Source: Chiloscyllium plagiosum (lineage: Eukaryota). From it: a stretch of 64,000 nt of DNA. Under the pieces are notes generated by a model. The model made no database searches. It saw only the letters and a list, made by a program, of their open reading frames with translations, and was not told the origin of the DNA. This document shows positions 25,138 to 39,249 of the stretch, piece after piece. The DNA is taken from contig NC_057750.1 of NCBI RefSeq assembly GCF_004010195.1, forward strand, positions 11,693,144-11,757,143. The letters are read 5' to 3'. The stretch's first letter is position 1, and each line of letters starts with the position of its first letter. The translations under genes were made by a program, and so were the position numbers.

Positions 25138-25482
25138 ACAATCCTTACAATGTGGAAACAGGCCATTCAGCCCAACAAGACCACACCGGCCTTCCAAAGA
25201 CCATCCCACCCAGACTCACACCCCACCCTCTAATCCTGCATTTCCTGTGGCTAATGCACCTAACCTACACATCCCTGGGCACTACGGGCAATTTAGCATG
25301 GTTAATCCAACTGGCCTGCACATCTTCAGATTGTGGGAGGAAACCAGAGCACTCAATGGAAACCCATGCAGAGACAGGGAGAACATGCAAAGTCCACAGA
25401 GACAGTCACCCCTGGCTGGAATCGAACCTGGATTTTTGGCGCTGTGAGGCAGCAGTGTAAGCACTGAGCCACCATGTCACCC
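25138..25482 (-). mobile_element. HE1/V-SINE-like SINE
   Basis: Same family motifs. Confidence 0.85.
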
Positions 25483-26276
25483 TGCTGTTCCTGGCTATGA
25501 CGACTATTGGTTACACTATCATAATACCCAGACCAAAGAAGAGTATCATCAAAGACTCCCATTGCAGTAGGGTGTATGTGCTACCAGTGAACAAAACCTT
25601 CTTGAAGATGAACTCCATGGAATGATTGGCAAAGTGGATTGTCTAAAATATATTGTCAAATAAGAAAAATGAATTGAACAATTTCCTCTAATACCACAAT
25701 TACCCTGAATTCTAGGCCCATCTGGATAGATAATTCCAGTTGATTGTTAGCATCTTTCACATCCCCATGTCCAATTGCTTCATCATCAAAGTCAGCTACT
25801 TTGGCCCAAAACGCTGGAAACTCCCTCCCAATATCTGCCACTCTACCTCTTCATCCCTCCTTTAAGACACCCTTTAAAACCCACCTCACTGAACACGCTC
25901 TTGGTCATGAGGCCTAATGTCTGCTCATGGAACCCAATGTCAAATTTTGTTTGATATTTCTCCTGTGAAGAACCTTGGGATGTTTTCTCACACTATATAA
26001 GTACATGTTGTTATTGAGTCAGGGCCATTAAGAATTGATCTTAAACAAAGTGTCCAAGAAAAACATTAATAGGGAAGATAGAGAGGAGCTGTTGATAGTT
26101 TTTTTTTGGGGGGAGCAGAGCTTGTACAAAAGCTTGTAAATGGAGTTACATCAGTTATTATTCTTGTATGGGACGTGAGCTTCACTTCAACAGAATTTGT
26201 TGCGCATCCTAGTTATGCTTGAACAGAGTAGCTGACTGGGCCTTTTCAGAGGGCAGTTAAGAGTCAATCATATTAG

Positions 26277-26612
26277 GATCCCTATGGTGCAGAAGCAGGC
26301 CATTTGGCTATTCAGTCCACACAATCCTTCGAAGAGCATCCCACCCAGACCCACACCCCACCCCATTCCTGCATTTCCCAAAGCTAATCCACCTAGCCTA
26401 CACATCCTTGGACACTATGGGCAATTTGTTGTGGTCAATCCACCAAATTGCACATCTTTGGACAGTGGGAGGAAATCGGAGCACCCAAAGGAAACCCATG
26501 CAGACACGTGGAGAATGTGCATACTCCACACAGACAGTTATCCGAGAGTGGAATCAAACCCAGGTCCCTGGCACTGTGAGGCAGCACTGAGCACTGAGCC
26601 ACCATGCTGCCC
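26277..26612 (-). mobile_element. HE1/V-SINE-like SINE
   Basis: Same family motifs. Confidence 0.85.
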
Positions 26613-28729
26613 CTGAAATGCCTGCAGCAATATGCAGACCAGACAGGTTTATAGTTACAATGGTTCATACCATTGTTTAATTCCAGATATCATTTATTAG
26701 ATTCAATTTCATCATGGTGGGATTTGAACCCATTGGAACATTAGCATGGGCCTATCAGATTTCTGGTCCAGTGACATCATCATACCACCATCTCCTCTTG
26801 AATGACGAGATGGCTCCAAGAGCTGAACAGCCTCCTCCCATTCTTTTATCTCCATGATTGGTCTGCCTTAAATATGCTTCCATCTGTGAAAGTTAATTAT
26901 GGCCAGACCCAAACTCAAACTCACTCAATCTCCCGAATCGCTTGAGCAGTTTTGAACCTTTCTGAGGATGATCATTTTGCAGGATTCTTCTGCAATTGAT
27001 CAAACGGATTCGAATTATTGCTCCTGTTTCAATAAGATGGTAAATTCGCCAGAACGCTCGTGCCAAATTTGTACGCGTGGGTTCGGGGTTAGTTGGAAGA
27101 GCCAAATCTACATTAAAATCACAAATTCAATACGTATTCAAATTTCAGCTTTCTCTTCGGTGTGGGCAAACGCACCATGTGTTGAGGTAGCGGACCATTC
27201 AGGGAAATCCCACGTTCAGTTGTTGGTCTGTGTTGAATCAGCCCATTTCATTTTGCACAGCGGAAACAGCACGAAAGGCTTCATTGCTTCTGACCTTAGG
27301 AAGGGAAGTGGGTGCGCCAGAGTATCGACGGTTCCATTTCATAGACTGACCACTGCTGGAAAGTGGCTATGTATGTTGGTCATGCTTGGGAGATCTTTAC
27401 TTGGTAAAGTTTGTCAACTCTCCCGTTACTGTCTTGAAACCTGCCTCGCCTAAAGACTAATTTGCCTCTCTTATTGGGATCATTACTTTCTTCTCATGTC
27501 CCACTGTAGATGGAGCCTGCATAAACACCAATGTTGCAATGCGGTCTTGCTGCATGTATTGCTTCTAATAGACATGAAATGGATAGAACAATTTCTGGGG
27601 CGAAGAGGACTGTGGGTACTGCAGCCACCATTACTGACCGATTGCTACGAGGATGCGGGTGTCCGGCGACCTTTGCTGGATGAGGAAAGGTTAACATGAA
27701 ACCATCATATCATGAAATTCCCAGGAATTGGGCTTAATATTTCAGAGATAGGCTGTGCTTATTGGTTCAAAAAAATAATAGCGGTGAAAAGGAGGCCGTT
27801 CGGCCCATCGAGTCTGCACTGTTTTCCACAATGAGCCACATCACTTTCATTCTCTTCAATCAGTAAAGAAGAAGGAGAAACAGGATATGGTGCAGAGGAG
27901 TTTAATTATAATTATCCTGTGAGTATGGGACCTAATTTACATAGGGAGATAACACAGATGGGGATTTACTCTTTACAGCAACAGTTTTACAGATTAATAG
28001 GATTACTGAGGCTCCAATCCAGGGAGCGCTGGTGATTCCATAAAGCCCAAACCTGCTATTCTCTATCAGGGAAACAATATTTGTGCTTCCACCACTGAGT
28101 GTTTTTGCTGTTGTCCATTAGCCAGCCATTGTAGACATCTGTTGCATGTGTCAAAATGGTTCAGTGTGAAATCAGGCCTTCTTGCCCATAATTGTTTAAG
28201 GGTATCCTTTACAGTCATTAGCAGTCAAACAATGTTGCTGCAGCCACTGAGGTAGTACTGCATAGTACCAATAGGGCAGGTAAAAACCCTGACAAGAAAG
28301 AACTAGGATTGACTAATGGAGTTTTGGTATTGTGAACAGATATTTTGGCAATGCTCCAAAAGCTTGTGATTTCAAATAAACCTATTGGACTATAACCTGA
28401 TGTTGTGTGACTTCTGACTTTGTCTACCACAGTGCAATACTGGCATCTCCACATCACAATTGATTGGGTTGTGGAAGGAACCCATCAGCCAGTTGTAGAG
28501 TGGTTAAACCTGTTGTCTGGGAACCATCCTTTGGTCTGATGTGGTGACTGGAAGATTGTTGCAACAGCTAATCCTTGCAGAATATATCATAATTACTGTC
28601 AGGATACCAGCATTCATTGGCTTGACATGCTTGACATGATCAATACTAAACTCACATTGAACAAATGCCTATGTTCGTAGTGCTGGTACAACTCAGTATT
28701 TGAGATAAAATGCCTGCATAATCAAGATC

Positions 28730-29018
28730 CCTGGTGGCTCAGTGGTTAACACTGTTGCCTCACAATGCCTGGCACCCAGGTTCGATTCCAGCCTATGGGC
28801 AACTGTCTGTGTGGAGTTTGCATGTTCTCCTGTGTCTGCATGGGTTTCCCCTGGTTTCTCTGGTTTCCTCCCACAATCCAAAGATATGTAGTTAGGTGAA
28901 TTGCTCATGCTAAATTGCCCTTAGTGTTCAGGGATGTGTAGGTCAGGGATAAATGTAAAGTAACAGGGTACGGGAATGGGTCTGGGTGGGTTACTCTTTG
29001 GACGGTCGATGTGGACTT
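28730..29018 (+). mobile_element. HE1/V-SINE-like SINE, tail-to-tail with a CR1 3' end
   Basis: GGTGGCTCAGTGGTT and GGTTCGATTCC boxes, V-domain. Confidence 0.85.
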
Positions 29019-29019
29019 C

Positions 29020-29780
29020 GGGTCATAGAGATGTATAGCATGGAAACAGACCCTTTGGTCCAACACGTCCATGCCGACCAGATATCCCAACCCAATCTAG
29101 TCCCATCTGCCAACACCTGCCCCATATGCCTCCAAACCCTTCCTATTCATATACCAACCCAAATGCCTCTTAAATGTTGCAATTGTACCAGCCTCCACCA
29201 CTTCCTCTGGCAGCTCATTCCATACATGTACCACCCTCTGTGTGAAAAGGTTGCCCCTTAGGTCTCTTTTATATCTTTCCCCTCTCACCCTAAACCTATG
29301 CTCTCTAGTTCTGGACTCCCCAACCCCAGAGAAAAGACTTTGTTTATTTACACTATCCATGCCCCTCATAATTTTGTAAACCTCTATAAGGTCACCCCTC
29401 AGCCTCTGACACTCCAGGGAAAACAGCCACAGCTTGTTCAGCCTCTCCCTATAGCTCAAATCCTCCAACCCTGGCAACATCCTTGTAAATCTTTTCTGAA
29501 CCCTTTCAAGTTTCACAACATCTTTCCGATAGGAAGGGCACCTGATTGCATGCAATATTCCAACAGTGGCCTAACCAATGTCCTGTACAGCCTCAACTTG
29601 ACCTCTCGCCTCCTATACTCAATACTCTGACCAATAAAGGAAAGCATACCAAACGCCTTCTTCCATATCCTATCTACCTGCGACTCCACTTTCAAGGAGC
29701 TATGAACCTTCACTCCAAGGTCTCTTTGTTCAGCAACACTCCCTAGGACCTTACCATTAAGTGTATAAGTCCTACTAAGA
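29020..29780 (-). mobile_element. Relatively young CR1 (HER1-like) LINE 3' end
   Basis: 152-aa ORF2 C-terminus KDVVKLERVQKRFTRMLPGLEDLSYRERL..RGDLIEVYKIM..WNELPEEVV plus 3' UTR. Confidence 0.95.
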
Positions 29781-30669
29781 TTCCAGACTGTAGGGATTCT
29801 ATTTTTTTTAAAAAGTGATGACACAGAAAAATCCTAGTACACAGCATTTGAGTGTTATTGCCACTGTCAAAGCCCATTGGTAATACACCAATCTTGCCTA
29901 GCTCTGAAGTTGAAGCCTAGTTCCAGGATGTTCAGAGTTTGATTGTCAACTCCCTCGTGAATGCAACCACTAGATACATTGTTCTTGTCTTAGGAGAATG
30001 CACATGAAGTGCTTCTAGCAGAGCTGAGGTGAATACGTACTTCTAACTGGCACCCTTATCCCATCTCCTCCCTCTGTGAGCAACTTCTCTTTTCTCTTTC
30101 TGCCTTACCTTTCCCTCATGTTTTGGTTCAAGGGAATTGTAACACCCTTAATTATTACCAATACCCTGACACATCGCAATAGCAATTAGCAGCTTCTACA
30201 AACAGAACACTATTCCCTGCAGTCTTCAACAATTTTAAGAAGCTTCTCCAAACACAAACTCAAACAGAATACAAAGTATTGAATTGTCAGGTTTAAAGAG
30301 CACTGGTTGGACAGGTTGGGCCCTGGTAGTCTTAAATTAATGCTCAGTTGCGTTTGTTTAAGGGAGAATGTTGACGAGATCGTCCGTTATCAAATCAGCA
30401 TTAGACAGTAATTGACTTCATAATCTACCTACTATGCATACTCCCACAACTTGTGCACCAACCCCTGTGCTAATGCCTGCAACAAGATAACGTTCAACGT
30501 GTTTCAAGGTGGAAATGGGTAAAAGCAGCGCAGGTGCCAATTAGCTTCTGAGCTGTCACATCATACTGAAAGTACCTGAGCTCCAGAACCACATTTTGCG
30601 CCAAGAACTACTGACAATAAGAACCAGAGGAGATAAGCGGAGACTTGTTTTTCATCCCTTGAATGTGTA

Positions 30670-31455
30670 TCATGATCAAATAGATCAATGGGCTGCAAAA
30701 TGACACATGCAGTTCAATCTAGATAAATGCAAGTTATTGCATTTTGATACAATAAACAAGGATAGGGCTTATACAAATAATGATAGGGCTTTGGGTAGTG
30801 TTGTGGAAGAGAGGGACCTAGGGGTGCAGGTGCATAATTTGAAGTTTGCCTCACATATAGACAAGGTGGTTAAAAAGGCATTTAGCATGCTTGCCTTCAT
30901 TGCTCGGTCTTTTGAATATAGGAGTTGGGAAATCATGTTGAGGTTGTATAGGATACTAGTGAGGACTCTTCTGGTATACTTATCTAGTTCTGGTTGCCCA
31001 GTTGTGGAAGGATATTATTAAGAAGAGATTTACCAGCATGTTGCCAGGTCTGGAATGTTTTGAGTTATTAATAAAGGCTGGATAGGCTGGGAGTTTTTGC
31101 ACTGAGGTTGAGAGGTGACCTGATAGAAGTTTATAAAATGATGAGGGATATAGATAGAGTTAATGGTAGTTGTTTTTTCCCTAGGATGGGGAATTACAAG
31201 AATAGTCGGCACATTTTAAGGTAAGTGGAGAGAGATTTAAAAAATACATGCAAATCTTTTTTACATGGAGGGTGGTTTGCACGTGGAATAAACTTTTGGA
31301 GGAAGTGATGAATGTGGGTACAATTACAATGTTTAAAGACCCTTGGATCAGTTCATGAATAGGAAAGGTATGGAGGGATCCAGGCAGGTGGGACTACTTT
31401 AGTTTGGGATTATGTTCAGCATGGATTATTTGGACCAAAAGGTCTGTTTCTGTGC
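30670..31455 (+). mobile_element. CR1 LINE 3' fragment
   Basis: MQFNLDKCKLLHF..ERDLGVQVH..LYRILVR. Confidence 0.9.
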
Positions 31456-34400
31456 ACACCATTCAAGGCTGATGAAAGCAGACTAGTTAATTTTCAGAAG
31501 GAGATTCGATGAATACTTCATTTGGTGAACATTTCCAGGACCAAGGTTGAAGGGTAAGACAGTGGGACAAGCTGAATAACTGTTCCATGGAAATGTTAAA
31601 GCTGGTACAAACATGATTGGCTGAATGTTCTCTGTCAGTACTAAATGATTCTATGACTGTTGTTCACTACCACATAGTGTGACACATGTACTCCTTGAGC
31701 CATCAGGTATTTAGCTTTCTTTTTAATCTTGCTCTCCTTTTTCTCTTTAATGAGATATGGGCATAATTGGCATATCAGTACTTGCTTCTCATCAACAACT
31801 GCTCTTGAGCTGAATGGCTTGTTGGACCATTTTCAAGGGAACATAAGAATCAACCACATTGCTGTGGATCTGGAGTTACATGCAGGCCATACCAGGTAAG
31901 GATGGCAGATTTCCTTTCTTTTGTTTTTACAATAATCAATTATTGATTCTTTGAAATCCAGATTTATTAACTAATTTGAATTCCACCAACTGCTGTGGTG
32001 TACCTCTGGATTACTAGTTACTGACATTACCATCATACTACTGGCTGCCCAAGTCTCTTACAAAATGAATATAATTCTGTGGTTAAGGTTACCAAATCCT
32101 ACCCATTCTCCGCCCTTGCACTTAGCAGCAGTGTGGTCTGCTGACTTATTTAAAAAAAAACTTCCTTGTGGCGCAGAGAACCTCCCAAGGAAGTGATGAC
32201 ACTAATCTCTCCACATATAGAACAGTATAAAAGAGAAGAATCTCACAGTGGTAATCGCAGGAACCGCCTAAAAAGGAGACTTGCACTTGTATAGAACCTT
32301 TCATAAACACAAAACATTTACAGCCAAGGATGTACTTTTGAAGTGTTTTTTAACTAATAGATTAAAAAGAAAGCATTCCCCAGCAACAATAACAAAAATG
32401 AAAGAAGGGTAGGAAAAAAGGGAGGAAACTGACTGAAAAATTAGTGTAAGATGGGAAATAATGCTTTCCACCTGCAGCGGTGCTTGCCTCTTTCAAAGAA
32501 AACCAGCCTTTTTTTAAAAATAAAAACCCATAGTCAAATCACCTATTTGATTAATACAGACAAATAGAGGAAAACCAGCCCTTCTTATATTATATCCAGA
32601 ATTATTATCATACACAACCAAATGGCTTACTTCCCAGCAACAAATTGCTTGTGGTATTTTTAATTTATTAACTAACACCAACACCAACTGTGTTCCAGTT
32701 GATTAATTTACATGCAAAGCCTGTTCAGGGTGATGGAATATTCCAGCCATTTTTGTTTAATCAACCTGCTCAAGAACATTATGAGAGATGTCTGGATAAA
32801 ATGGGACTTGAACCCAGGTCACCTGGCTCAGATATATGGACACTACCACTGCACCACAAGACCACTAATAATGCACCCTTTTTAAATTTAATAATCCAAT
32901 CCTTAGTTGGATGCAGCAACCACAGGATCACCAAACTTTCACAATTCCTTTTAAATTGACCAAATGCATACAATTGCATTGATGCAGTGCACAAACAAGA
33001 CCATTCAGCCCATAATCTCTTCGCAAATCCCTGTGCTTACAACAAATCTCTTTTTGTTTCATCCATTTGATGTCAGTTTTTCAGTTTAGCTTCATAATTA
33101 CTTTTCTCTCATGCACTCAATTGGCTTTCCTTTGAAAGCATTTAATCATTTTGGTTTAATCACTTCTTATCATAGCAAGTTCCACATTCTAACCACACAG
33201 ACAAAAGAAATCTCTCCTTATTTCTCTATTTATTAGTAAATATTTTGTACTTATGGTCACTGCAGTTTTGGTTTTTCTAAAAGGTAGAAACATTCTTTCT
33301 GCAACCACCCACTGCAGCACATTCATAATTTGAAAAACCTCTCTTAAGATCTCCTGTCAGGTATCTAATCTTTCTCAATAGATGAAAGCTCTCAGTCGTA
33401 ATACTATCCTTGTAAATGATATTTTGCACTTTCTCCAGTTTTTCTATATTTTTGTGTAGTAAGAAGAGCAGAACAGTACAGCCTGACTAAGGTCCTGCAC
33501 AAGTTTAATATAATTTCACTACATAATAAAAAGATGCGTAGAGATCTTTCACCATATAAATTAAAATGATTGATCTATAAGGCACCTGCTAAGTATATTT
33601 CAAGTGTAATATAGGAAACATGGCAGCCAGTTTGCATGTGGCAAGCACCCATAAACTATGTGATATTGACTACGTGGCCTGTTTTAAGGTGTTGGTTTAG
33701 TAATTATTATTAGACAATCTGTTCTTTTTATAATAGTGCCGTGGGATAATTTCCACCCATTTGATGGGATCTGTTTTCGTATTTTATCCAAATGGTCGTA
33801 TCTCTGACAGTGCAGCTTTTTTTCTGTACTGCATTGCAGCAACATACTAGATTTTGCAATCAAGTATTTGTAATAGTGCAAGACTCAGGGGGTCTTGTTG
33901 TGTAGTGTTAGCATCCTACTTTCTGAGCCAGTAGACTTAGTTTCAAGTCCCAGAAATGTCATAACGTGCCTGAACAAGTTGATTAAAAATATCTAACAGT
34001 GCAAGACTCAATACACTTTGCTCCATTCAATATTGGGCTGAGCATAGACAATGGGTCGGAAGCAGTTCTCATTCAGTCACAGTTGGCCACTAGCTTACAG
34101 GAAATACAGATCATTGGTGGATGGTATCTTTCTACCCTCGCTATCTTTGTGAAGCCACCATGAGTTATTAATAGAACACTATGGTGACCAGGAATAAGTC
34201 ATCATGTCAAGTCATGTAATCTAATTAAAATGTTCCAATCGCATTACTTCTCTTGAGAACACATCACCAAGAAAAGCACTTAACCATAGCAACTAATTGT
34301 CTCACCAAGGGCAAAGCTTCTAGTTTGATGTATGAGATAAATTTAAAAGGTTAATTCCTCCCGCTCACAATTCTAATATTCTAAACTTTCAGACAATTGC

Positions 34401-35777
34401 TGTGATAAACAAGGCGACACACAGAGGCTTCGCTAATAATTGGCTTTGATTCCTGCAGTAGCATTCTAAGTAAATTGAAAAACTCAAGTAGACCAATACT
34501 AAGGCAGGGGATTGTGTCTACATTTAACCACCAACCCCACCCACCAACCACAGTGAACAAGGCTCTTTGAAGCAACTAGTCAAATAAATATGAATCACAA
34601 AAGACTTTATTGTTCATTATGCCTGCTCTATCCAGAGACTCAGTACAGCCCACTCAGTGTAATCCTACCAGTTGTCTGAGAGCAGTTCATTTTCTGAGAC
34701 TGCATCCCACTAGGAATCGGTACCTTTGGAATTATATCTCAGCAGGACCTTGCACCTTTGGTTTCTAATGACAAAAAAAAAGTTTTAAAACTAAGTTAAA
34801 TGGTTCAATGTATGCTAATTTGTTCTCCTACCTTTGCAGTTAATTTGGTTTGAACCATATTTTACTATATAACTGATAAACTATGCTGGCAATTCCTTGT
34901 AGTACTGAGACAGTTCTGCATTATAAAAGATGTAGTTTCCATGGGACATTAAGCTGAGTGCCTGTCTACTATCTCAGGTATCTAAAATATCCGAGGGCAC
35001 TATTCAAAGAAGCAGGGGACTTCTACCAGCCATTCTGTCCAATGTGTAGCATTCAATTAACATCAATAGATAGATTATTTGTCAATGTATTGCATTGGCA
35101 GTTTGTGGGATCTTGCTGTGCCTTAATTGGCTGCTGTCTTTGCCTATATAACAGTGAATATCCTTCACAGTATATTAACAGCTCTCACACTCTTTGCATA
35201 GTCTAAGGACTTGATATCTAATATATGCATTACTCATCCATTAGCTCATTTTTGGCATTCTTGCCGAGAACGCAATTGGTGACCAGGAGTTTCCTTGAGC
35301 TACTCTGTGGTGGAAACACTAGTGATGTACATCAAGAGGGTGTCTGCTGAAGTTTCACAAAACTGTGATATGGAATTGCCATTCCTCCAAGATTGCCTCG
35401 CTGTCTCTAGACACTTGAGATTGATTCCCTGGACCCTGTTTTGGACAATTGGGAGAACCAGGGCTCTCTAGAGAGAACTAGAGAATAGTATTTTGTTTTT
35501 CTCATCTTGTTTAAACGGTTTTGGTTGTTAGTTACAGAGAATGTTAGCAATGAGAAGAAAATGGCAATTTGACCAGAAGGAGGAGTTGGAAGCCAAACAT
35601 TTATGTCATAAAACTGTCCTGGAAGTATTCAACCAGAATCGGGAGCTCTGTTCAGCATTGAGAAAGGTGAATCCTCAAGGCAATTCTTGACCATTGTGTC
35701 AATTAACCTTTCAAAAATCAATTCTGGAACAGTGTTGAGGATTCCAAGTGTAGGTGGAGAGGATTGAGCATCACCTC

Positions 35778-36003
35778 TGAAATAATAGAGGCTGGTATCC
35801 CATCCTCAAGACACCCTTTATTTACCTATGCACAGTAAATGAGCTCTGACCAGCCAGTTCAAAGCCTCTCCCTACACTGAGGAAACCTTCTGAATTTCCT
35901 CTTTGTACCTGTCAGCCAGGGCTCCCAGATTAGCCCAGGTTAACAACCCCAATCAAGGATCTCATAGTCAATCAGATCCTCCTGACCCTGGTTCCAATCA
36001 CTA
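35778..36003 (-). mobile_element. Solo LTR, same family, opposite strand
   Basis: Reverse complement contains GATTGGGGTTGTTAACCTGG..GGGAGCCCTGGCTGACAG..GTAAATAAAGGGTG..TTATTTCA. Confidence 0.8.
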
Positions 36004-36109
36004 AACCTCATTAACAGAACAATGCAAAGGTGTTATAGAGAGCTGGCATGGACTTGATGGCCAAAATGGCCTCTTACTTGGCCATAATAACCTTCAGGAA
36101 ATGCTAGGG

Positions 36110-37295
36110 GACAAAGGCCAAGCATGAAAGAGGAATAGATGAAAATCCTATTAGTCAGGGAATGGTTTTGGGGAAATCGATGGGATTAGAACCCTATAAA
36201 TCCCCAGGGCCTGATGCTCAGCATCCTAGAGTACTTAAAGAACTGGCCTTAGAAATAGTGAATACATTGGTGACCATTTGCCAGCATTCTGGAGACTCGA
36301 AGAATTCCAATGGACTGGAGGGTAGCTAATATAACTCCACTCTTTTAAAAAAAGGAGAGAGAAAATAGGAATTATAGGCCAGTTAGCCTGATTTCGGTGG
36401 TGGAGAAAATGCTGGAGTCAATTATTAAGTATGTAATAACTGAGCATTTGGGAAGTGGTGACAAAATTTGGTCTAGTCAGCATGGATTTACTAAAGGGAA
36501 ATCATGCTTGACAAATCTTCTGGAATTTTTCAAGAATGTGACCAGTAGAGTGGACAAGGGTGAATCAGTAGATGTTGTGTATTTGCACTTTCAAAAGTCT
36601 TTTGACAAGGTTCCACATAAAGGTTAATAAGGAAAATTAAAGCTAGTGGTATAAGAGGTAATGTACTGACATGGATAGAGAACTGGTCGGCAGACAGGAA
36701 GCAGAGAATTGGAATAAATGGGTCCTTTTCAGAGTGGCAGACAGTGTTGAGTGGGTGCCGCAGGGTTCAGTGCTGGGACCTCTGCTGTTCACGATATACA
36801 TGAATGATTTGCATGAAGGAATTGAAAGCAATTGAAAGACTGACATATGAGGAAAGACTGGATCGAACTGGGCTTGTACTCGCTGGAATTTAGAAGAATC
36901 GGAGGGGAATCTCATAGAAACATATAAAATCCTGATGGACTGGACAGGCTAGATGCAGGAAGAACATTCCTGACGTTGGAGAATACCAGAGCTACGGGTC
37001 ACAGTCTAAGAATAAGGGTAAACCATTCAGGACTGAGATGAGGAAAACTTTCTCCATTCAGAGAGCTGTGAACCTGTGGAGTTCTCAAACACTGGAAGCT
37101 ATTGGGTCCAATTCATCAGATCTATTGAAAAGGGGGCTGCATTTGGTTCTTGCAGCTAAAGGGATCAAAGAGTATGGGGAGTAAGCAGGAATGGGATACT
37201 AAGATTGCTTGTTCAGCCATGATCATATTGAATGGTGGTGCGGGCTTGAATGGCTGAATGGCCTACTCCTGCTCCTATTTTCTATGTTTCTATTT
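36110..37295 (+). mobile_element. CR1 LINE RT and 3' end with an internal deletion
   Basis: SQHGFTKGKSCLTNLLEFF..VDVVYLHFQKSFDKVPH; GVPQGSVLGP; 3' tail CCTACTCCTGCTCCTATTTTCTATGTTTCTA. Confidence 0.9.
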
Positions 37296-38929
37296 ATGAC
37301 CTGCAACTAATGCAGAAGGTATGACAAGGTCAGAGTAGTGGGAGAGTGAAACCTTTAGCTATTTTATTTGCAGAAAATAGAAAGTCATTATGTTAACATG
37401 ACTGGTTGAGTAGGATCAGGTGACATGACTACAGCAGCCTGTGAACACATTCAAGGTATAATTAATTTTCTGAGGTGTCTATGTGCTTTCTGACTGGGTT
37501 CTAGGGTGAAAGACTTGTTCCAGGCTGACTCAGCGCTTAGTCAGGCAAGCTGTGTTCAGAACTTGGAGTCAGAATTAATTTCGGGAGAATCTCTGAGGTC
37601 ACTCTTGAGTCAGGATCCAGTTCTTATTTGTCTCAGCTCCTGCCTTGAAGGGCATTGTAAACTTTTATAAGGAAACAGAATGGTGTAGGCAAAAAGGGTG
37701 TAGCTTCTTGAACTCCATAAAGTTAAAACTATTTTGGTCTCCATTGCAGTATTTGCAGTACACAAAAAAGATCTTACAACGTCCAATAGATTTTATTAGT
37801 ACTATGAGTTAGAAAATCAGGCATTCCACCTTGAAATCGGTATCGCTTGAGACAAACAGGAATTTTCAGTCAGGGAACTTACAAGACATTGATAAAGCTC
37901 AGACAGCAGGAAGCACAAAAATGAATTGTAGCCAAAGGAAGTCATTCGGCTCACCATGTTTGTGTCAGCTCTTTGGAAAAGTGATCCAATAAACAACATT
38001 TTTTGCTCTTTCCCTCCAACCCTGCAAATTTTTATTTTGTAAGGGTTATTTGGAAACTTATCAATGGATCAGATTCCAATCTCTTGTTTGATAGTTCAAA
38101 ACTTGATTACAGTATTGCTGAAAAAAGGCAAACATTGCTAAAGCTTTTTGTTTTATGTTTATCAGGACAGTTGCAAGAATACCAAATTCCTAATGGTCAC
38201 ATCAATTTATACTACTGTGGAAGGGGTACTGATTGTTGATTCAGCAAGTTGATTCAGATAGACTGAAGCATTACGATGGGGAAAGCAAAACTCCTGGGTA
38301 AGTCAAAAATGGCACAAGGTTTGTTTGTTATGTTTCTAAACTTCAGCACTTGCCTCTCAATTAGAAGGTATTTGGTTTCTGTCCTGCTCCAGAGAGTTAA
38401 CAACATAATTTAGACTAAAGGTACCAACTAGGTCAAAACAGCCATCGGATTGACACACATGTAGTATCGAGAGTGTGGTGCTGGAAAAGCACAGCAGGTC
38501 AGGCAGCATCCAAGGAACAGGAGAGTCGATGTTTCAGGCATAAGCCCTTCAACAGGCATAGTATCAAATATAGTACGTTCAATATTCATTCTCTCCATCA
38601 CTGACGCTCAGTAGCAGAGTGTGTACCCTTTACAAGACACACTGCATCAAGTCCCAAAGGCACCTCTACAGCACCTTCTAAGTCCACATACCCTTTCCAC
38701 CTAGAAAGGCAAGGGCATCAGTTACATTGGAATATCACTGCCTACAAGTTCCTTATCAAGCCATGCACCATCCAGATTTGAAACTTTCTCCATTCCTTCC
38801 CAATTACAGGGTCAAAATTCTGGAGCTCCCTCCCTGATTGCACTGTAGAGGTTCAAGAATTTCCTGGAGCAATTGAGGGTGTCAATAAATGCTGGCCTAG
38901 CCAACAACACTCATATCCTGTGAATGTGG

Positions 38930-39235
38930 AAAGGCAATGGCCTAATAGTGTTATCGCTAGACTATTAATCCAGAAGCTCAGCTAATATTCTGGGGACCTG
39001 TTCAAATCCTGTTGGGGCAGTTGGTGGAATTTTTTAAAAATCTGGATTAAGAATCTACTGATGAGCATGAAACCATTGTTGATTGTTGGGAAAAACAACA
39101 CATCCGTCACTAATGTGAGATCTGCTATCCTCACCTGGTCTGGCCTACATGTTGCTTCAGACCCACTCAAATATGGTTGGCTCTAATTGCCCTCTGAAAT
39201 GGCCTAGCAAGCCACTCAGTTGTATCAATTGCAAC
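38930..39235 (+). mobile_element. LF-SINE-like element; related copies at about 18380-18710, 41270-41620, 56820-57000
   Basis: tRNA-like head plus shared core CTGC..TCCTTACCTGGTCTGGCCTACATGTGACTCCAG and AACTGCCCTCTG. Confidence 0.55.
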
Positions 39236-39249
39236 AAAGAAATGAAGCC

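Noticed and set aside
24954..25460. 168-aa ORF and similar CGRKPEHPEETHADT-type ORFs
   Set aside because: Largely antisense translations of the SINE V-domain, recurring in every copy.
38166..38297. 132-nt exon candidate (ATCAG|...TGG|GTAAGT)
   Set aside because: Stops in all three frames and probably repeat-derived; at most non-coding.
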